A DNA stretch of 62,354 bases from Candidatus Saccharibacteria bacterium UBA6824 (lineage in GTDB: Bacteria; Patescibacteriota; Saccharimonadia; Saccharimonadales; UBA10212): positions 1 to 62,354 of the forward strand of contig DKEK01000002.1 of the NCBI GenBank assembly GCA_002452155.1, in the 5' to 3' direction. The notes under the pieces are model-generated. The model saw only the letters and a program-made list of their open reading frames with translations. It was not told where the DNA came from and did no database searches. Positions 27,601-40,048 of the stretch are shown here, in pieces. A program made the translations under genes and the position numbers. Position 1 is the first letter of the stretch. The number at the start of each line of letters is the position of its first letter.

Positions 27601-28142
27601 TCAACCACATGGTGTCGGACAAAATCCACGCCCGCAGCACCGGGCCCTACACCATGGTTACTCAACAGCCATTGGGCGGCAAAGCCCAAAATGGCGGCCA
27701 GCGCTTTGGCGAAATGGAAGTCTGGGCGCTGGAAGCCTATGGCGCGGCCCACACTTTGCAGGAAATGCTAACAATTAAATCCGACGACGTTTACGGCCGA
27801 GCGAAGGCCTATGAGTCAATCATCAAGGGCACGACCATCCAAGGGCCAAAAGTACCCGAAAGCTTTAATGTCCTGGTTAAAGAACTTCAAGGTCTGGGAC
27901 TGAAAGTCGACCTGCTGACCGCCGACAACAAAATAATCGACGCCGAAGAGATCTTGGCCCGCAATATTAAAGATGAAGCAAAGCACTCGCCAACCGTTAC
28001 GGCTACCGGCCAGAGCCTGCAGGACGCCGACGCCCTGGAAATACCGGTAGCTGATGAGCTGGCGCTAGGCGAAGGCGGTGTCGAGATCGAAAATGAGGTC
28101 GATATGATTTCAATAACTGATGATGCTAAGAAGGAGGGCTAG
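24603..28142 (+). CDS. rpoB: DNA-directed RNA polymerase subunit beta
   Basis: 1179 aa with conserved blocks throughout (SQLSQFMDQINPL, GPGGLSRERAGFEVRD, NMGSNQQRQAVP, GDKLGGRHGNKGV, GGQRFGEMEVWALEAYGAA). TTG start with GGTAGGGAG upstream. Confidence 0.97.
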   Translation: MTAKKAAGVLSGRQYFTQLDDILSPPNLVDHQNSSFEWFVKEGLGELLEEVSPIEDYTGTKLSLRFKKYHFEPPKMAEAQARENNVSFEAPLKAVIELTNKITGEVKEQEIYLGDYPWMTSRGTFVINGAERVVVSQLIRSSGVFFTAEPHSGRNLYGAKVIPVRGAWLEFETAAAGVLYVKIDRKRKIPVTTLLRALGLSQEQIKDAFKHVDQGETNYIDNTLEKDPAKGTSEALIEVYRRLRPGDLATVDNARSLIENMLYNFKRFDFGKVGRYKINKRLDLKAPNDNKNRVMRIEDLTAIISEIIRLNNTQDPADEIDSLANRRVKLVGELVQRQFRIGLLRMERNAKDRMSMSEIETVTPAQLINARPVVAAVREFFASSQLSQFMDQINPLSELAHKRRLSSMGPGGLSRERAGFEVRDAHATHYGRICPVETPEGANIGLVLNLASYARINEYGFIETPYRKVINAVTPKEAPGHIAAVNLEDDKGKVIVKARAVITPAAAKRLAAVKSRATWPVKAKVTNQIVYLDAAEEENAVIAGAGVPFDSNGYFIENRISVRNRLEPGEVDAGEVTHMDSSRSQSIGSSAGLIPFVEKNYVLRSLMGSNQQRQAVPLIKPESPIVGTGMESIVAANTGQLTNAEADGQVLKATADEVVVKYKTGKKVTYNPVHFMRSNEGSSINQVVVVNSGDRVKTGQPLIEGMSIADGELALGKDLLVAFMPWAGYNFEDAIIISRALVEDDTLTSIHIVDYMTEVRETKLGPEIVTGDIPNVSEESLRHLDEDGIVRIGAEVHPGDILVGKITPKGEQELSSEERLLRAIFGEKAKEVRDTSQRMSTGRHGKVVGVKIFSRASGHELKAGVIMQIQVFVAQIRKISVGDKLGGRHGNKGVIARILPVEDMPFNEDGTPIDIVLNPLGVPSRMNIGQLFETHLGMAARSLGIKVASPAFNGVPISKIQELLKQSGLAADGKQQLYDGRSGEAFSERTTVGSMYIIKLNHMVSDKIHARSTGPYTMVTQQPLGGKAQNGGQRFGEMEVWALEAYGAAHTLQEMLTIKSDDVYGRAKAYESIIKGTTIQGPKVPESFNVLVKELQGLGLKVDLLTADNKIIDAEEILARNIKDEAKHSPTVTATGQSLQDADALEIPVADELALGEGGVEIENEVDMISITDDAKKEG

Positions 28143-28143
28143 C

Positions 28144-31100
28144 ATGCGCCATTACACGCCCGGAACCAACATTGCCGATTTTGATGCCGTGCGTCTGGCC
28201 ATCGCTAGTCCCGATGATATTTCGGAATGGAGTTACGGCGAAGTCACTAAGCCCGAAACTATTAACTACCGCACCCAAAAACCAGAACGTGACGGGCTGT
28301 TTTGCGAACGGATTTTTGGTCCGGTTAAAGACATTAATCCGCATGATGCTAAATATAAAGGTGTCCGCAGCCGCGAAGCGGCGGTGGATAAAAACGGCGA
28401 GCTGGTAACACGCAGTATTGTACGGCGCGAGCGCATGGGTCATATCAGCCTGGCCTGCCCGGTGGCGCATATCTGGTTTTTGCGGGGCACGCCTAGTGCC
28501 ATTGGTCTGCTACTTGGTATCACCGTTAAGAACCTGGAGCGCATCGCCTATTTTGCCAGCTACGTTATCAAGAGCGCCGACCAGGACAAGCTGGACAAGA
28601 TTATGGCCGATAAAGAAGCCCAATTTAGCGCCGCCCAAGCGGCCATTAAAAGCCGCTACGAGGCTGACGCCAAGAAAGAAGGCGGCGACGTTAAAGCTCT
28701 CAGCGAGGCTTATAACAAAGAGTTAGAAGAACTGACCACTGAGCACGAAGCTTATAAAACTCAATTTTCAGCCCTGGGTAAGTTAAACCTGCTGTCGGAG
28801 ACCGATTATCGTAACTTACCGGACGAGCTGCAGTCGTTGATCAAAGTAGGTATGGGCGGCGCATCCCTTAAGGAGCTGCTTGATGAAGTTGACCTTCAAA
28901 AACTAATCCGGAGCTTAAGCAAAGAGGCCGACGAAGCTAAAGGCCAGCGCAAGAAAAAAATCATGAAGCGCCTGCGGCTACTGGAAAGCATGCAGCGTGC
29001 CGGTATCAAACCATCCAGCATGTGTGTTTCGGTGCTACCCGTCATTCCACCGGACTTACGGCCGATGGTCCAGCTGACTGGCGGGCGTTTTGCCACCTCG
29101 GACCTCAACGACCTTTATCGCCGCGTTATCAACCGCAATAACCGTTTAAAAAAGTTAATGGACCTGAACGCACCGGAAGTAATAAGGCGAAACGAGCAGC
29201 GTATGCTCCAAGAAGCCGTCGATGCCCTGATTGATAATAACAATGCCCGGTCCGGCCGGGCCGTAGCCGCCACCGGCCAGCGTCGCCGTCTAAAGTCACT
29301 GTCCGACATGCTCAAAGGCAAACAAGGGCGCTTTCGCCAGAACTTGCTGGGCAAGCGGGTTGATTATTCCGGTCGGTCGGTAATTGTTGCCGGTCCGGAG
29401 TTAAAGATGCACCAGTGCGGCTTGCCCAAAACGATGGCCCTGGAGCTATTCAAGCCATTCGTTATCGGCCGGCTTATAGACCAGGAGCTAGCCCACAACA
29501 TCCGAAGCGCTACCCGGATGCTGGAAACCAGCGACGGGGCTGTCTGGGACGCCCTGGATGAAGTCATTAAAGAAAAATATGTACTGCTTAACCGGGCCCC
29601 AAGTCTACACCGCCTGTCTATCCAGGCCTTCCAGCCGGTATTAATTGAGGGTAAAGCCATTCAGCTGCACCCACTGGTTTGCAAAGGTTTTAATGCCGAC
29701 TTTGATGGCGACCAAATGGCTGTGCACCTGCCGCTTGGCGCTGCCGCCCAGGCCGAAGCCCGCGAAATTATGGCTAGCAATAAAAATCTACTCAAGCCGG
29801 CTGATGGCTCGCCAATCCTGCACGTCGAACAAGACATCGTCCTCGGCTGCTACTACCTGACCTATCAGCGCCCCGGTACCGAGGAAGAAAAGCCCCGTAC
29901 TTTTAGTAGCCTAGACGAGGCTCATTTAGCCCACGACGAAGGTGCCATTGCCCTACAAAGCAAAATAGTGGTGCCTTTCCGCGGCGAACTACGCGGCACC
30001 ACCCTTGGCCGCCTGTTATTTAATGAGATATTCCCCGAAGACTTTCCTTACCAAAACAAAGCTATGACCAACAAGCAGTTGCACAACGTCATGACCATGA
30101 CCTACCAGCGCTACGGCCAAGACGCCACAGCCATTATCGCCGATGACCTGAAAGATCTTGGTTTCCGCTACGCCACCTACTCCGGCCTGTCTATAGGCAT
30201 GGACGATTTTTCCGACCTGACCAAATTACCGGGAATTGTCGATGAGGGCGAAAAAAGGGCCACCGAAATATCCAAGCAATACGCGTCGGGCTTCATTACC
30301 GACGACGAACGTTACCGTCTGACCGTCGATACCTGGACTGATGTCGACACCCAAGTAGAAGAAGCTCTGGCCGAGCAGTTCGCCACCGAAGATAATACTA
30401 TGTCGATTGCGGTCGCCTCCGGTGCCCGCGGTAATATCTCGCAGATGAAAAAATCTGTCGGCATGCTGGGCATGTTTGCCGATGCTACCGGCCGGGCCAT
30501 TGAGCTGCCGGTTCGCAGCAACTACAAATACGGGCTTACGCCGCTGGAATACTTTACGGCTACACGCGGTACCCGAAAATCATTGATTGACATCGCCCTA
30601 CGGACAGCTGATTCGGGCTACTTAACCCGCCGCTTGGTTGATGTTGCCCAGGATGTATTTACGGTTGAGTACGATATTGAGGATCCGGGCTTTAGCGTTT
30701 ACCGCAGCGACTCGGAAGCCATAAGCGTTGGCCTTGGCGCCCGCTTGGCCGGCCGTTTCGCCGCCGAAAATATCAAGCGCTACGTCAAGGCTGGCCAGTT
30801 AATCACACCTGAAATTGCTAAAAAGATTGAAGAAGATGAATCCATCACCGAGCTTAAAATTATGAGCGTACTATCTTGCACCTCGGTCCGCGGCGTCAGC
30901 CAAAAATCTTATGGTATCGATCTGGCCACCGGCGAGCTGGTAGCCAACGACTATCCGATTGGGGTTATCGCGGCCCAAAGTATTGGCGAGCCCGGCACCC
31001 AGCTGTCGCTTGATTCCAAACACCGCGCCGGCGCTGTTACAGCTAACGACGATGTTACTCAGGGTTTGACCCGCGTGGAAGAGCTTTTGGAGGTCCGTAC

Positions 31101-31968
31101 GCCCAAAGGTCAAGCTTATCTAACCGACATCACCGGGACGGTCAACGCCTGGGAAGAGGGCGACCAATACATTGTCCAAGTAACCGCCAAAAAACAAAAG
31201 CCGGTCGAAATATCTATCGGCGATCGGCAAACAAAGGTCAAAACCGGCGACGAAGTTAACATTGGCGACATCGTAGCTGCCAGTGAAGACGCCAGCGACC
31301 CCCTAGCCGCCACCATGGTAGGCAAAGTCAGCTTAAGTAAAGGTCAAATTACCATTACCCCAACCTCTAAGAGCATTGTCCGTTACGAGGTACCGGGCTT
31401 TAAGCAGCTACTAGTCAAAGATGGCGACCTGGTGGAAGCCGGCCAGCGCCTAACCAACGGTTCGTTAAACTTGCACGAACTGATGCGCCTGCAGGGCGTT
31501 GAAGCTACCCAGCGCTACATAATGAACGAAATCCTGTATATTTTTGCCAGCCAAGGCCAAACGATTGCCGACAAACATCTTGAAGTCATTGTCCGCCAAA
31601 TGTTTAGCCGCGTCCAAATAGAAGATTCCGGCGATAGCGAGTTCATTACCGGCGATATTGTCAGCAAACTGGCGGTTGCCTCGGCCAACGAAAAACTGGC
31701 TACCAAAAAGAAGAAGCTAATTAAGTCCAACCAGCTGCTGCTGGGCATCACTAAGGCGTCACTGTCGACCGACTCGTTCTTGTCGGCTGCTTCGTTCCAA
31801 GACACCACTCGCGTACTAATTGCCGCCGCCACCAGTGGCAAAGTCGATAACCTCTATGGCTTGAAAGAGAACGTCATCTTGGGCCGTCTGATACCAGTAG
31901 GTACCGGTGCTCGCCGTCTACAGAACGAGGAAGAACCCGAGGAGGCGGCAGTTGCCTCCAAGGGGTAA
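28144..31968 (+). CDS. rpoC: DNA-directed RNA polymerase subunit beta'
   Basis: Start taken as the ATG at 28144, 1 nt after the rpoB stop. Contains NADFDGDQM (catalytic Asp triad), [13 protein letters not shown] and GEPGTQL. Confidence 0.97.
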   Translation: MRHYTPGTNIADFDAVRLAIASPDDISEWSYGEVTKPETINYRTQKPERDGLFCERIFGPVKDINPHDAKYKGVRSREAAVDKNGELVTRSIVRRERMGHISLACPVAHIWFLRGTPSAIGLLLGITVKNLERIAYFASYVIKSADQDKLDKIMADKEAQFSAAQAAIKSRYEADAKKEGGDVKALSEAYNKELEELTTEHEAYKTQFSALGKLNLLSETDYRNLPDELQSLIKVGMGGASLKELLDEVDLQKLIRSLSKEADEAKGQRKKKIMKRLRLLESMQRAGIKPSSMCVSVLPVIPPDLRPMVQLTGGRFATSDLNDLYRRVINRNNRLKKLMDLNAPEVIRRNEQRMLQEAVDALIDNNNARSGRAVAATGQRRRLKSLSDMLKGKQGRFRQNLLGKRVDYSGRSVIVAGPELKMHQCGLPKTMALELFKPFVIGRLIDQELAHNIRSATRMLETSDGAVWDALDEVIKEKYVLLNRAPSLHRLSIQAFQPVLIEGKAIQLHPLVCKGFNADFDGDQMAVHLPLGAAAQAEAREIMASNKNLLKPADGSPILHVEQDIVLGCYYLTYQRPGTEEEKPRTFSSLDEAHLAHDEGAIALQSKIVVPFRGELRGTTLGRLLFNEIFPEDFPYQNKAMTNKQLHNVMTMTYQRYGQDATAIIADDLKDLGFRYATYSGLSIGMDDFSDLTKLPGIVDEGEKRATEISKQYASGFITDDERYRLTVDTWTDVDTQVEEALAEQFATEDNTMSIAVASGARGNISQMKKSVGMLGMFADATGRAIELPVRSNYKYGLTPLEYFTATRGTRKSLIDIALRTADSGYLTRRLVDVAQDVFTVEYDIEDPGFSVYRSDSEAISVGLGARLAGRFAAENIKRYVKAGQLITPEIAKKIEEDESITELKIMSVLSCTSVRGVSQKSYGIDLATGELVANDYPIGVIAAQSIGEPGTQLSLDSKHRAGAVTANDDVTQGLTRVEELLEVRTPKGQAYLTDITGTVNAWEEGDQYIVQVTAKKQKPVEISIGDRQTKVKTGDEVNIGDIVAASEDASDPLAATMVGKVSLSKGQITITPTSKSIVRYEVPGFKQLLVKDGDLVEAGQRLTNGSLNLHELMRLQGVEATQRYIMNEILYIFASQGQTIADKHLEVIVRQMFSRVQIEDSGDSEFITGDIVSKLAVASANEKLATKKKKLIKSNQLLLGITKASLSTDSFLSAASFQDTTRVLIAAATSGKVDNLYGLKENVILGRLIPVGTGARRLQNEEEPEEAAVASKG

Positions 31969-31988
31969 ATTTGCTAGGATTGTAAGCT

Positions 31989-32399
31989 ATGCCGACCGTT
32001 AATCAACTCATACGCAAGCCGCGCAAAATGCCGGGCACTAAAACTAAGTCGCCGGCTCTGCAGCGTGTGGTTAATAATCTGCAGACCAAAAGCTACGATA
32101 AACCGGCGCCGTTTAAACGCGGTGTCTGTATCCGCGTGACTACCAAAACTCCCAAAAAGCCTAACTCGGCGCTGCGTAAAGTTGCCCGCGTGCGTTTGAC
32201 TAACGGCCACGAAGTCTGGGCCTACATTGGCGGCGAAGGCCACAACCTTCAAGAACACGCTGTGGTTTTAGTGCGTGGCGGTCGCGTGAAAGACCTTCCG
32301 GGTGTGCGTTATCACATTGTCCGCGGCAATCTGGACCTTCAGGGCGTACAGGACCGCAAACAGGGCCGGAGTAAATACGGCAGCAAAAGGCCCAAATAA
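31989..32399 (+). CDS. rpsL: 30S ribosomal protein S12
   Basis: [10 protein letters not shown]...[16 protein letters not shown]. Confidence 0.97.
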   Translation: MPTVNQLIRKPRKMPGTKTKSPALQRVVNNLQTKSYDKPAPFKRGVCIRVTTKTPKKPNSALRKVARVRLTNGHEVWAYIGGEGHNLQEHAVVLVRGGRVKDLPGVRYHIVRGNLDLQGVQDRKQGRSKYGSKRPK

Positions 32400-32878
32400 T
32401 GCCTCGTAAGACTACAAAATCGTTAGTTCGCGATGTGGAGCCCGACCGGCTATATAACAACCCCCAGATTACCAAGGTTATTAACCGTGTAATGCTTAAC
32501 GGTAAAAAACAGCTGGCCGAGCGGTTGGTGTACGGCGGCATGCAAAAAGCTGCTGATAAACTGAAAGTCCAAAACCCGCTGGAAGTCTTCGAACAAGCTA
32601 TGAAAAACGTCCAGCCTTATATGGAAACCCGCTCGCGCCGGGTTGGTGGCGCTAATTATCAAATCCCTTTTGAAGTTAAGGGACAGCGTCAGCAGCACTT
32701 AACTATCATGTGGTTTGTGAGTGCCGCCCGTGACCGCAAAGGTATGAGCATGGAAGATCGCATAGCCCAGGAGCTGATGGATGCCTATAACAACACCGGG
32801 GCGGCTGTCAAGAAAAAAGAAGACGTCCATAAAATGGCCGAGGCTAACCGAGCCTTCGCCCACTTTGCTAGGTCGTAA
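32399..32878 (+). CDS. rpsG: 30S ribosomal protein S7
   Basis: PDRLYNNPQITKVINRVMLNGKKQLAE...RRVGGANYQIPFEV. Confidence 0.97.
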   Translation: MPRKTTKSLVRDVEPDRLYNNPQITKVINRVMLNGKKQLAERLVYGGMQKAADKLKVQNPLEVFEQAMKNVQPYMETRSRRVGGANYQIPFEVKGQRQQHLTIMWFVSAARDRKGMSMEDRIAQELMDAYNNTGAAVKKKEDVHKMAEANRAFAHFARS

Positions 32879-32879
32879 A

Positions 32880-33167
32880 ATGCCGCCTCTTACTAAAGCT
32901 CCAGGGAGCTACTACTCAGAAATAGGAACAACGGAGTTTGATAGTTTATTCGATCGCGCCCAGTCAGGTGAATTCGATCCGTGGGCTGCTGTGGCAGAGG
33001 ATAGACCCAAGTACGTCGTTTGGTCCATAAGAGGGGAGCTACCGCAGGTAGCATTATTGGCACTCCAGGAAGAAATTGGCCAGAGCATAACTGCGCAGCA
33101 GACGGAAGCTTTGAAAGTATCGAAGAATATAAGAATGCTTGGAAGTACGTCAATTTTAAATACTTGA
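32880..33167 (+). CDS. Orphan ORF-A (95 aa), first of three ORFs inserted between rpsG and fusA
   Basis: ATG 1 nt after the rpsG TAA. The part of the 128-aa track ORF that overlaps rpsG was discarded. No recognised motif. GC is lower than in the flanking genes. Confidence 0.5.
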   Translation: MPPLTKAPGSYYSEIGTTEFDSLFDRAQSGEFDPWAAVAEDRPKYVVWSIRGELPQVALLALQEEIGQSITAQQTEALKVSKNIRMLGSTSILNT

Positions 33168-33206
33168 ATTTAATAATTATGATAGATAGGAAACACAATT
33201 TAGATT

Positions 33207-33530
33207 ATGTCTGGCCCAGAAACTGAAGTCCATTCTACGGTCGAAACAGGCTCCGGCTGCTCTTTGAACTCCCCGGAACATGAAGAGGGCGGAGCATTTT
33301 ATCGGATTTTGGTCAGAGAACGGGAAGAGCTGGAAGGGGATTTCGTTATCCTGTACGAAAAGGGTCTTGCTCGCAATATTCATAGTGAGCCTATCGGTGA
33401 GGGTCGCTCGCGCGCCGATATTGATGCGGCCTTTTCAGGGTGCCCCTGTCATGATCCCGCAAATGCCGGCCGACAACTAGGCAAGGCCGGCTGCTGGGCG
33501 ATAAAGGAACTAAACGAGGTGAAAGAATAG
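33207..33530 (+). CDS. Orphan ORF-B (107 aa), Cys-containing (GCPCH)
   Basis: Open frame after a 39 nt AT-rich gap. No recognised motif. Confidence 0.5.
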   Translation: MSGPETEVHSTVETGSGCSLNSPEHEEGGAFYRILVREREELEGDFVILYEKGLARNIHSEPIGEGRSRADIDAAFSGCPCHDPANAGRQLGKAGCWAIKELNEVKE

Positions 33531-33532
33531 CC

Positions 33533-33955
33533 ATGACCGAAAGCGCCCGAACTAACGTCACACCGTGCAGGAATTGCCGCTATTTAACCGAGCCGGTTGT
33601 CGCGCACTCCGAAGAACTCGGCGAAATAAAGGCAACCTTGGCCCCAGACGGCTCAATTGTTGTCCATCGTCCTAGTGACTGCGGAACAGGCCACTTCCAA
33701 AAGCTGGAAGGCGGCGCGATCAAGCTGGAAAGCGGTGTGATCGAAAACCAATCTAAGACTGCGGCCAAAGATATAAAACAATGCACAGGGTCATTTACTG
33801 AGACCGTCCCCGTGCCTAGAAAATGGCTGGGGTGGCTGGGGATAAAGGAGGAGGTGGAAGTCGTACATTGTGGCTCGCTTTACGATGGAGACATCATCCA
33901 AATAGTAGAAAGAGAATTACTTCACCCGGCGAGGATTGAAGAGCAGGGAGTATAA
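33533..33955 (+). CDS. Orphan ORF-C (140 aa), Cys/His-rich (CRNC...DCGTGH...QCTG...HCGS)
   Basis: ATG 2 nt after the ORF-B stop. Its stop abuts the fusA GTG directly (0 nt gap). A CxxC plus three further Cys suggests metal binding. Confidence 0.55.
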   Translation: MTESARTNVTPCRNCRYLTEPVVAHSEELGEIKATLAPDGSIVVHRPSDCGTGHFQKLEGGAIKLESGVIENQSKTAAKDIKQCTGSFTETVPVPRKWLGWLGIKEEVEVVHCGSLYDGDIIQIVERELLHPARIEEQGV

Positions 33956-36043
<2,088 letters not shown>

Positions 36044-36087
36044 ATTACGATTGACCATACTTCTTTTCGCAAGCTAGACTAGCTTAA

Positions 36088-37614
36088 ATGGTTAAAAACA
36101 TTGCCCAAAAAGCAATCGAGCAGTTAATTCGAAAGCCGAAGCTATTTCGGTCGCCGGTGCTAGCTTTGCGGTCGGTTGTATCTAAAAGCGGAAAAGGTGT
36201 TTACGCCAGTTCAGATCGCTTATTTAAAGGCGCGGTTTTTGGTCGTGACTCACTAGTGGTAGCGGAAGATCTCATGACCCTTCGGCCATTACTGGCAAGA
36301 AAAATTTTGCTGACGCTAGCCAGCTTACAGGGGCTCAAGCACCGAAGTGCCAACGAAGAAGAACCGGGAAAAATTATTCACGAATACCGCACCAATGTGG
36401 TTGACGATAAGCCGCTGCAGGGAGTGCCGCTGCAAATCTTTAACGATTTGAGCAAAAGATGGGGCGGCAGCGACACGGAGCTTATCTACTACGGTTCAGT
36501 AGATTCAACGCCTCACTTTATCAAGGCACTTTGTGAATACCTCAGTTTTTATGGTCCGAGAATCCTGGGGCGCAAAATTACTCTCCAAGATAGATCAACT
36601 GCAACTATGTATGATGTGCTAGCTGACGCGCTGAATTGGCTGGAGTCAAAACTCGGTCATTCTAAGAGCGGGCTGCTTGAATACCATGCCCATACCGATG
36701 AGAGTCTTGAAAATCAAGCATGGAAAGATTCAAAAGAATTCTATGTTCATGAAAATGGCCGATTTGTTAACCATTCAAGACCGGTGGGCTCAGTCGAAGT
36801 GCAGGGCTTGGCCTACGATGCTCTAATAGCAGCCGCTGAGTATTTTCCCCCTCGATCCGAAAAACTGAACCGGACAGCCCACAGACTTCGCGACCGGACT
36901 ATTGAATTGACCTGGCAGCCCGAACGTAAATACTTCGCCCTTGGCATCGACTACACTCAACAGGGCGAGCTACGCGTTATTAAAACTACGACCGCTAATC
37001 CTGCCTCACTACTCAATTCTGATTTTTTTGACCACCTATCTCAGGAGAAAAAAAGAAAATATATCAGTGCGATTGTGCGAAATATCATGGGCACCGAGTT
37101 TTTGACCGATGCCGGAGTGCGAAGCCGTGCCTTAAGCGAGGCCAACCTTATTCCATTCTGGGATTATCACGGGTCTTATGTAAGTTGGCCCAAGGAGACT
37201 TTCGACATTGCCAAAGGTCTACGCCGTCACGGCTTTCCTGAGTTGGCAAAACAATTGGAAAACCGCTTGCTTAACGTGGTTCGCAAAAGCCGGGGCTATC
37301 CGGAATTTTTATACGTCGATCCTCGTGGTCGAGTACTGGGCGCTTCATCTGGTGCACACCGCCATACCCATTCACTACAGATAAGGAGCAGTAACGTGCC
37401 CGAAAGCATACAGGCCTGGACGGTCTCGGCGGTTGTCGCTATATTGGCTAATCGAAGACCAGGGCTTAGAATAGGTAAGAACAAGCAAGAATCCTGGCAG
37501 GAGGAGTTAGAAAAAGAAGTGTTAACTCACATCCCGCATGTATCCTCCTTAAAATCCCGAACCTTAAACGCTCGCTATCCTGATTACCCCTACGAATTGA
37601 GAGGCAAGCAATGA
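36088..37614 (+). CDS. Amylo-alpha-1,6-glucosidase / glycogen-debranching-enzyme-like (GDE_C family, (alpha/alpha)6 barrel) protein
   Basis: Family-typical blocks: FGRDSL, EEPGKIIHEYR, YYGSVDSTPHFI, ENQAWKDS, VEVQGLAYDAL. Confidence 0.7.
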   Translation: MVKNIAQKAIEQLIRKPKLFRSPVLALRSVVSKSGKGVYASSDRLFKGAVFGRDSLVVAEDLMTLRPLLARKILLTLASLQGLKHRSANEEEPGKIIHEYRTNVVDDKPLQGVPLQIFNDLSKRWGGSDTELIYYGSVDSTPHFIKALCEYLSFYGPRILGRKITLQDRSTATMYDVLADALNWLESKLGHSKSGLLEYHAHTDESLENQAWKDSKEFYVHENGRFVNHSRPVGSVEVQGLAYDALIAAAEYFPPRSEKLNRTAHRLRDRTIELTWQPERKYFALGIDYTQQGELRVIKTTTANPASLLNSDFFDHLSQEKKRKYISAIVRNIMGTEFLTDAGVRSRALSEANLIPFWDYHGSYVSWPKETFDIAKGLRRHGFPELAKQLENRLLNVVRKSRGYPEFLYVDPRGRVLGASSGAHRHTHSLQIRSSNVPESIQAWTVSAVVAILANRRPGLRIGKNKQESWQEELEKEVLTHIPHVSSLKSRTLNARYPDYPYELRGKQ

Positions 37615-37666
37615 TTCACACAAAACCCGGGGTTGCATCATACAACTTGTTACCTAGAACGACCGT

Positions 37667-38725
37667 ATGGAGCGTCGGATGAAGATTGCGATTGTCGCGC
37701 CGCCATACTATACCATTCCGCCCAAAAAATACGGGGGTACGGAACGTGTAATTCACGGCTTAATCAAAGGCTTGAAAGAGCTAGACCACGAGCCGCTGTT
37801 GCTAGGCCCTGGTGACTCAAAAGTGGATTGCGAACTCATTCCTATAGTTAATAAGGCGTTAAATTTCCCGAAGAAAGACTCGGCAGCTTTTCGTAAATCG
37901 GTGTCTACGGCTCTAAAAAAGACAGGTATTGAGCTTAAAAAAATAGCCACCGCAGTAGACATTATTCATTCCCACGGTTTTGACATGAAGTCATTCGCGA
38001 AGCTACCCAACGTCACAACCCTGCATGGCCACATAGGGTTCGATGACCTTAGTTATTACCGCCAAAGGAAAACACTGCCTTTCATCAGCATATCTAAAAA
38101 TCAGCAAGCCGCCTATCCCTATCTGAACTACGTTGGCGTAGTTTATAATGGCTTGGATCCGAGCGAGTTTCCGGTAGTTACTATGCCAAGAGACTACCTC
38201 TGTTTTATAGGCCGATTTGATTTAGATAAATCACCACACCTGGCTATTGAGCTGGCCCTTAAGCTAGGAATGAAGATCAAGCTTGCCGGCAAGATTGATC
38301 TTGATGGCGCCAGCTATTTCAAAGACCAAATCCAACCGTTTTTAGACCACCCGCTGGTCGAATATTTAGGTGAAATTGGCTTTGCCCAAAAGATAGATTT
38401 AATCGGTAAGGCCAAATGTAATCTACACCCCCTCCTTGGCAGGCGCGAGCCCTTTGGTCTAACCGTAATCGAAGCCGGTTACTGCGGAACACCCACCATG
38501 GCCATGAACCGGGCCTCTATGCCGGAGATTATTCGCGATGGCCGTACGGGCATACTGGTTGAAGACTTTATAGAGGGCTACAGCCAGATTGAGGCTTGCT
38601 TCAAAATGGACAGAAAGTACATTGCCCGGCGTACCCGCCGTCATTTTAACTATCAAAGAATGGCCGAAGATTACGAGAAAGCCTACAAAAAAGTCCTCGG
38701 CGAGTTCGGCGAAACATCGAAGTAG
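37667..38725 (+). CDS. GT4 (GT-B fold, group 1) glycosyltransferase
   Basis: MKIAIVAPPYYTIPPKKYGGTERVI N-terminus and the C-terminal EPFGLTVIEAGYCGTPTMAMNRASMPEIIRDGRTGILV (E-x7-E region). The start is either 37667 or the Met at 37679. Confidence 0.8.
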   Translation: MERRMKIAIVAPPYYTIPPKKYGGTERVIHGLIKGLKELDHEPLLLGPGDSKVDCELIPIVNKALNFPKKDSAAFRKSVSTALKKTGIELKKIATAVDIIHSHGFDMKSFAKLPNVTTLHGHIGFDDLSYYRQRKTLPFISISKNQQAAYPYLNYVGVVYNGLDPSEFPVVTMPRDYLCFIGRFDLDKSPHLAIELALKLGMKIKLAGKIDLDGASYFKDQIQPFLDHPLVEYLGEIGFAQKIDLIGKAKCNLHPLLGRREPFGLTVIEAGYCGTPTMAMNRASMPEIIRDGRTGILVEDFIEGYSQIEACFKMDRKYIARRTRRHFNYQRMAEDYEKAYKKVLGEFGETSK

Positions 38726-38747
38726 ATTACAAACCCGAGTAGAGGCT

Positions 38748-38776
38748 TTACAAAACCAGCCTATTTACTCTATAAT
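38748..38776 (+). promoter_or_regulatory. tuf promoter TTACAA-N17-TATAAT
   Basis: TTACAA at 38748-38753 and TATAAT at 38771-38776, about 80 nt upstream of the tuf ATG. AGGAGA SD at 38846-38851, 7 nt before the ATG. Confidence 0.55.
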
Positions 38777-38858
38777 ACCCCAAGTAATCGCATGAGGTGG
38801 CTATTGCTACCTGCGCTAAAATTATCAGTTAATACTAGGTTAGTAGGAGAATAAATTA

Positions 38859-40040
38859 ATGGCAGACTTTGATCGTAGCAAGCCGCATGTAAACGTCGGC
38901 ACAATGGGTCATGTTGACCACGGTAAAACTACACTTACGGCGGCTATTACGGCTGTTCTAGCCAAAAAACTGCCGAGTGATATCAACAAGCCTGTGACCT
39001 ATGACCAGATCGATAATGCGCCCGAAGAAAAAGCCCGCGGTATTACCATTGCTACTTCCCACCAGGAGTACGAGAGTGAAAAGCGCCATTACGCCCATGT
39101 CGATATGCCCGGCCACGCCGACTACATCAAGAATATGATTACCGGTGCCGCCCAGATAGACGGTGCTATTTTAGTAGTCTCGGCCGCCGATGGTCCTATG
39201 CCCCAAACCCGTGAGCACGTTCTGTTGGCTAAGCAGGTTGGTGTGCCGTCTATCTTAGTCTTTTTGAATAAAATGGACCTGGCCGACCCGGAACTAGTCG
39301 AACTAGTCGAAGAAGATGTCCGTGATCTTTTGGCCAAGTACGAATTCGACCGCGAAGCGCCGATTATCAAAGGTTCGGCCACCAAGGCACTGGAAGGTGA
39401 TGCTGCCAATGAAGACGCCATTTTAGAGCTGGTCAAAGCCATGGATGACTACATTCCAGAACCAAAACGCGACCTGGACAAGCCGTTCATGATGGCTATT
39501 GAAGATGTTTTCTCGATTAAGGGACGCGGCACGGTTGCCACCGGACGTGTCGAGACTGGAGTAGTTAAGGTCAACGAAGAAGTCGAAATCGTCGGTATCC
39601 GCCCCACCAAAAAGACAGTGGTTACTGGTGTTGAGATGTTCAAGAAAAACCTCGACCAGGGTCAAGCCGGCGATAATGTTGGCATTTTGCTGCGTGGTGT
39701 TGAACGCGATGACATTGAACGCGGCCAAGTCCTGGCCAAGCCCGGTACTATCACTCCCCATACTGAATTTGACAGCGAAGTTTATATCCTCACCAAAGAG
39801 GAAGGCGGCCGACACACACCATTCTTCAAAGGCTACAAACCGCAGTTTTATTTCCGAACTACAGACGTGACCGGCGAAGTCGAACTGCCGGCCGACAAAG
39901 AAATGGTCATGCCCGGTGACACGGTGACTTTCAAAGTAAAGTTGCAATCACCCATCGCTATGGAGCAAGGTCTGCGCTTCGCTATCCGCGAAGGTGGCCG
40001 CACCGTGGGCGCCGGCGTCGTCACCAAAGTTGTAAAATAA
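38859..40040 (+). CDS. tuf: Elongation factor Tu
   Basis: [36 protein letters not shown] and the C-terminal beta-barrels. Confidence 0.98.
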   Translation: MADFDRSKPHVNVGTMGHVDHGKTTLTAAITAVLAKKLPSDINKPVTYDQIDNAPEEKARGITIATSHQEYESEKRHYAHVDMPGHADYIKNMITGAAQIDGAILVVSAADGPMPQTREHVLLAKQVGVPSILVFLNKMDLADPELVELVEEDVRDLLAKYEFDREAPIIKGSATKALEGDAANEDAILELVKAMDDYIPEPKRDLDKPFMMAIEDVFSIKGRGTVATGRVETGVVKVNEEVEIVGIRPTKKTVVTGVEMFKKNLDQGQAGDNVGILLRGVERDDIERGQVLAKPGTITPHTEFDSEVYILTKEEGGRHTPFFKGYKPQFYFRTTDVTGEVELPADKEMVMPGDTVTFKVKLQSPIAMEQGLRFAIREGGRTVGAGVVTKVVK

Positions 40041-40048
40041 GAGAGATT

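Noticed and set aside
28120-28143. Earlier start for rpoC overlapping rpoB.
   Set aside because: The ATG at 28144 directly follows the rpoB stop, and beta-prime conservation begins there. The upstream eight codons add nothing recognisable.
32781-32879. Upstream part of the 128-aa ORF overlapping the 3' end of rpsG.
   Set aside because: It is out of frame with and inside the conserved S7 CDS. An ATG 1 nt after the rpsG stop gives a non-overlapping ORF.
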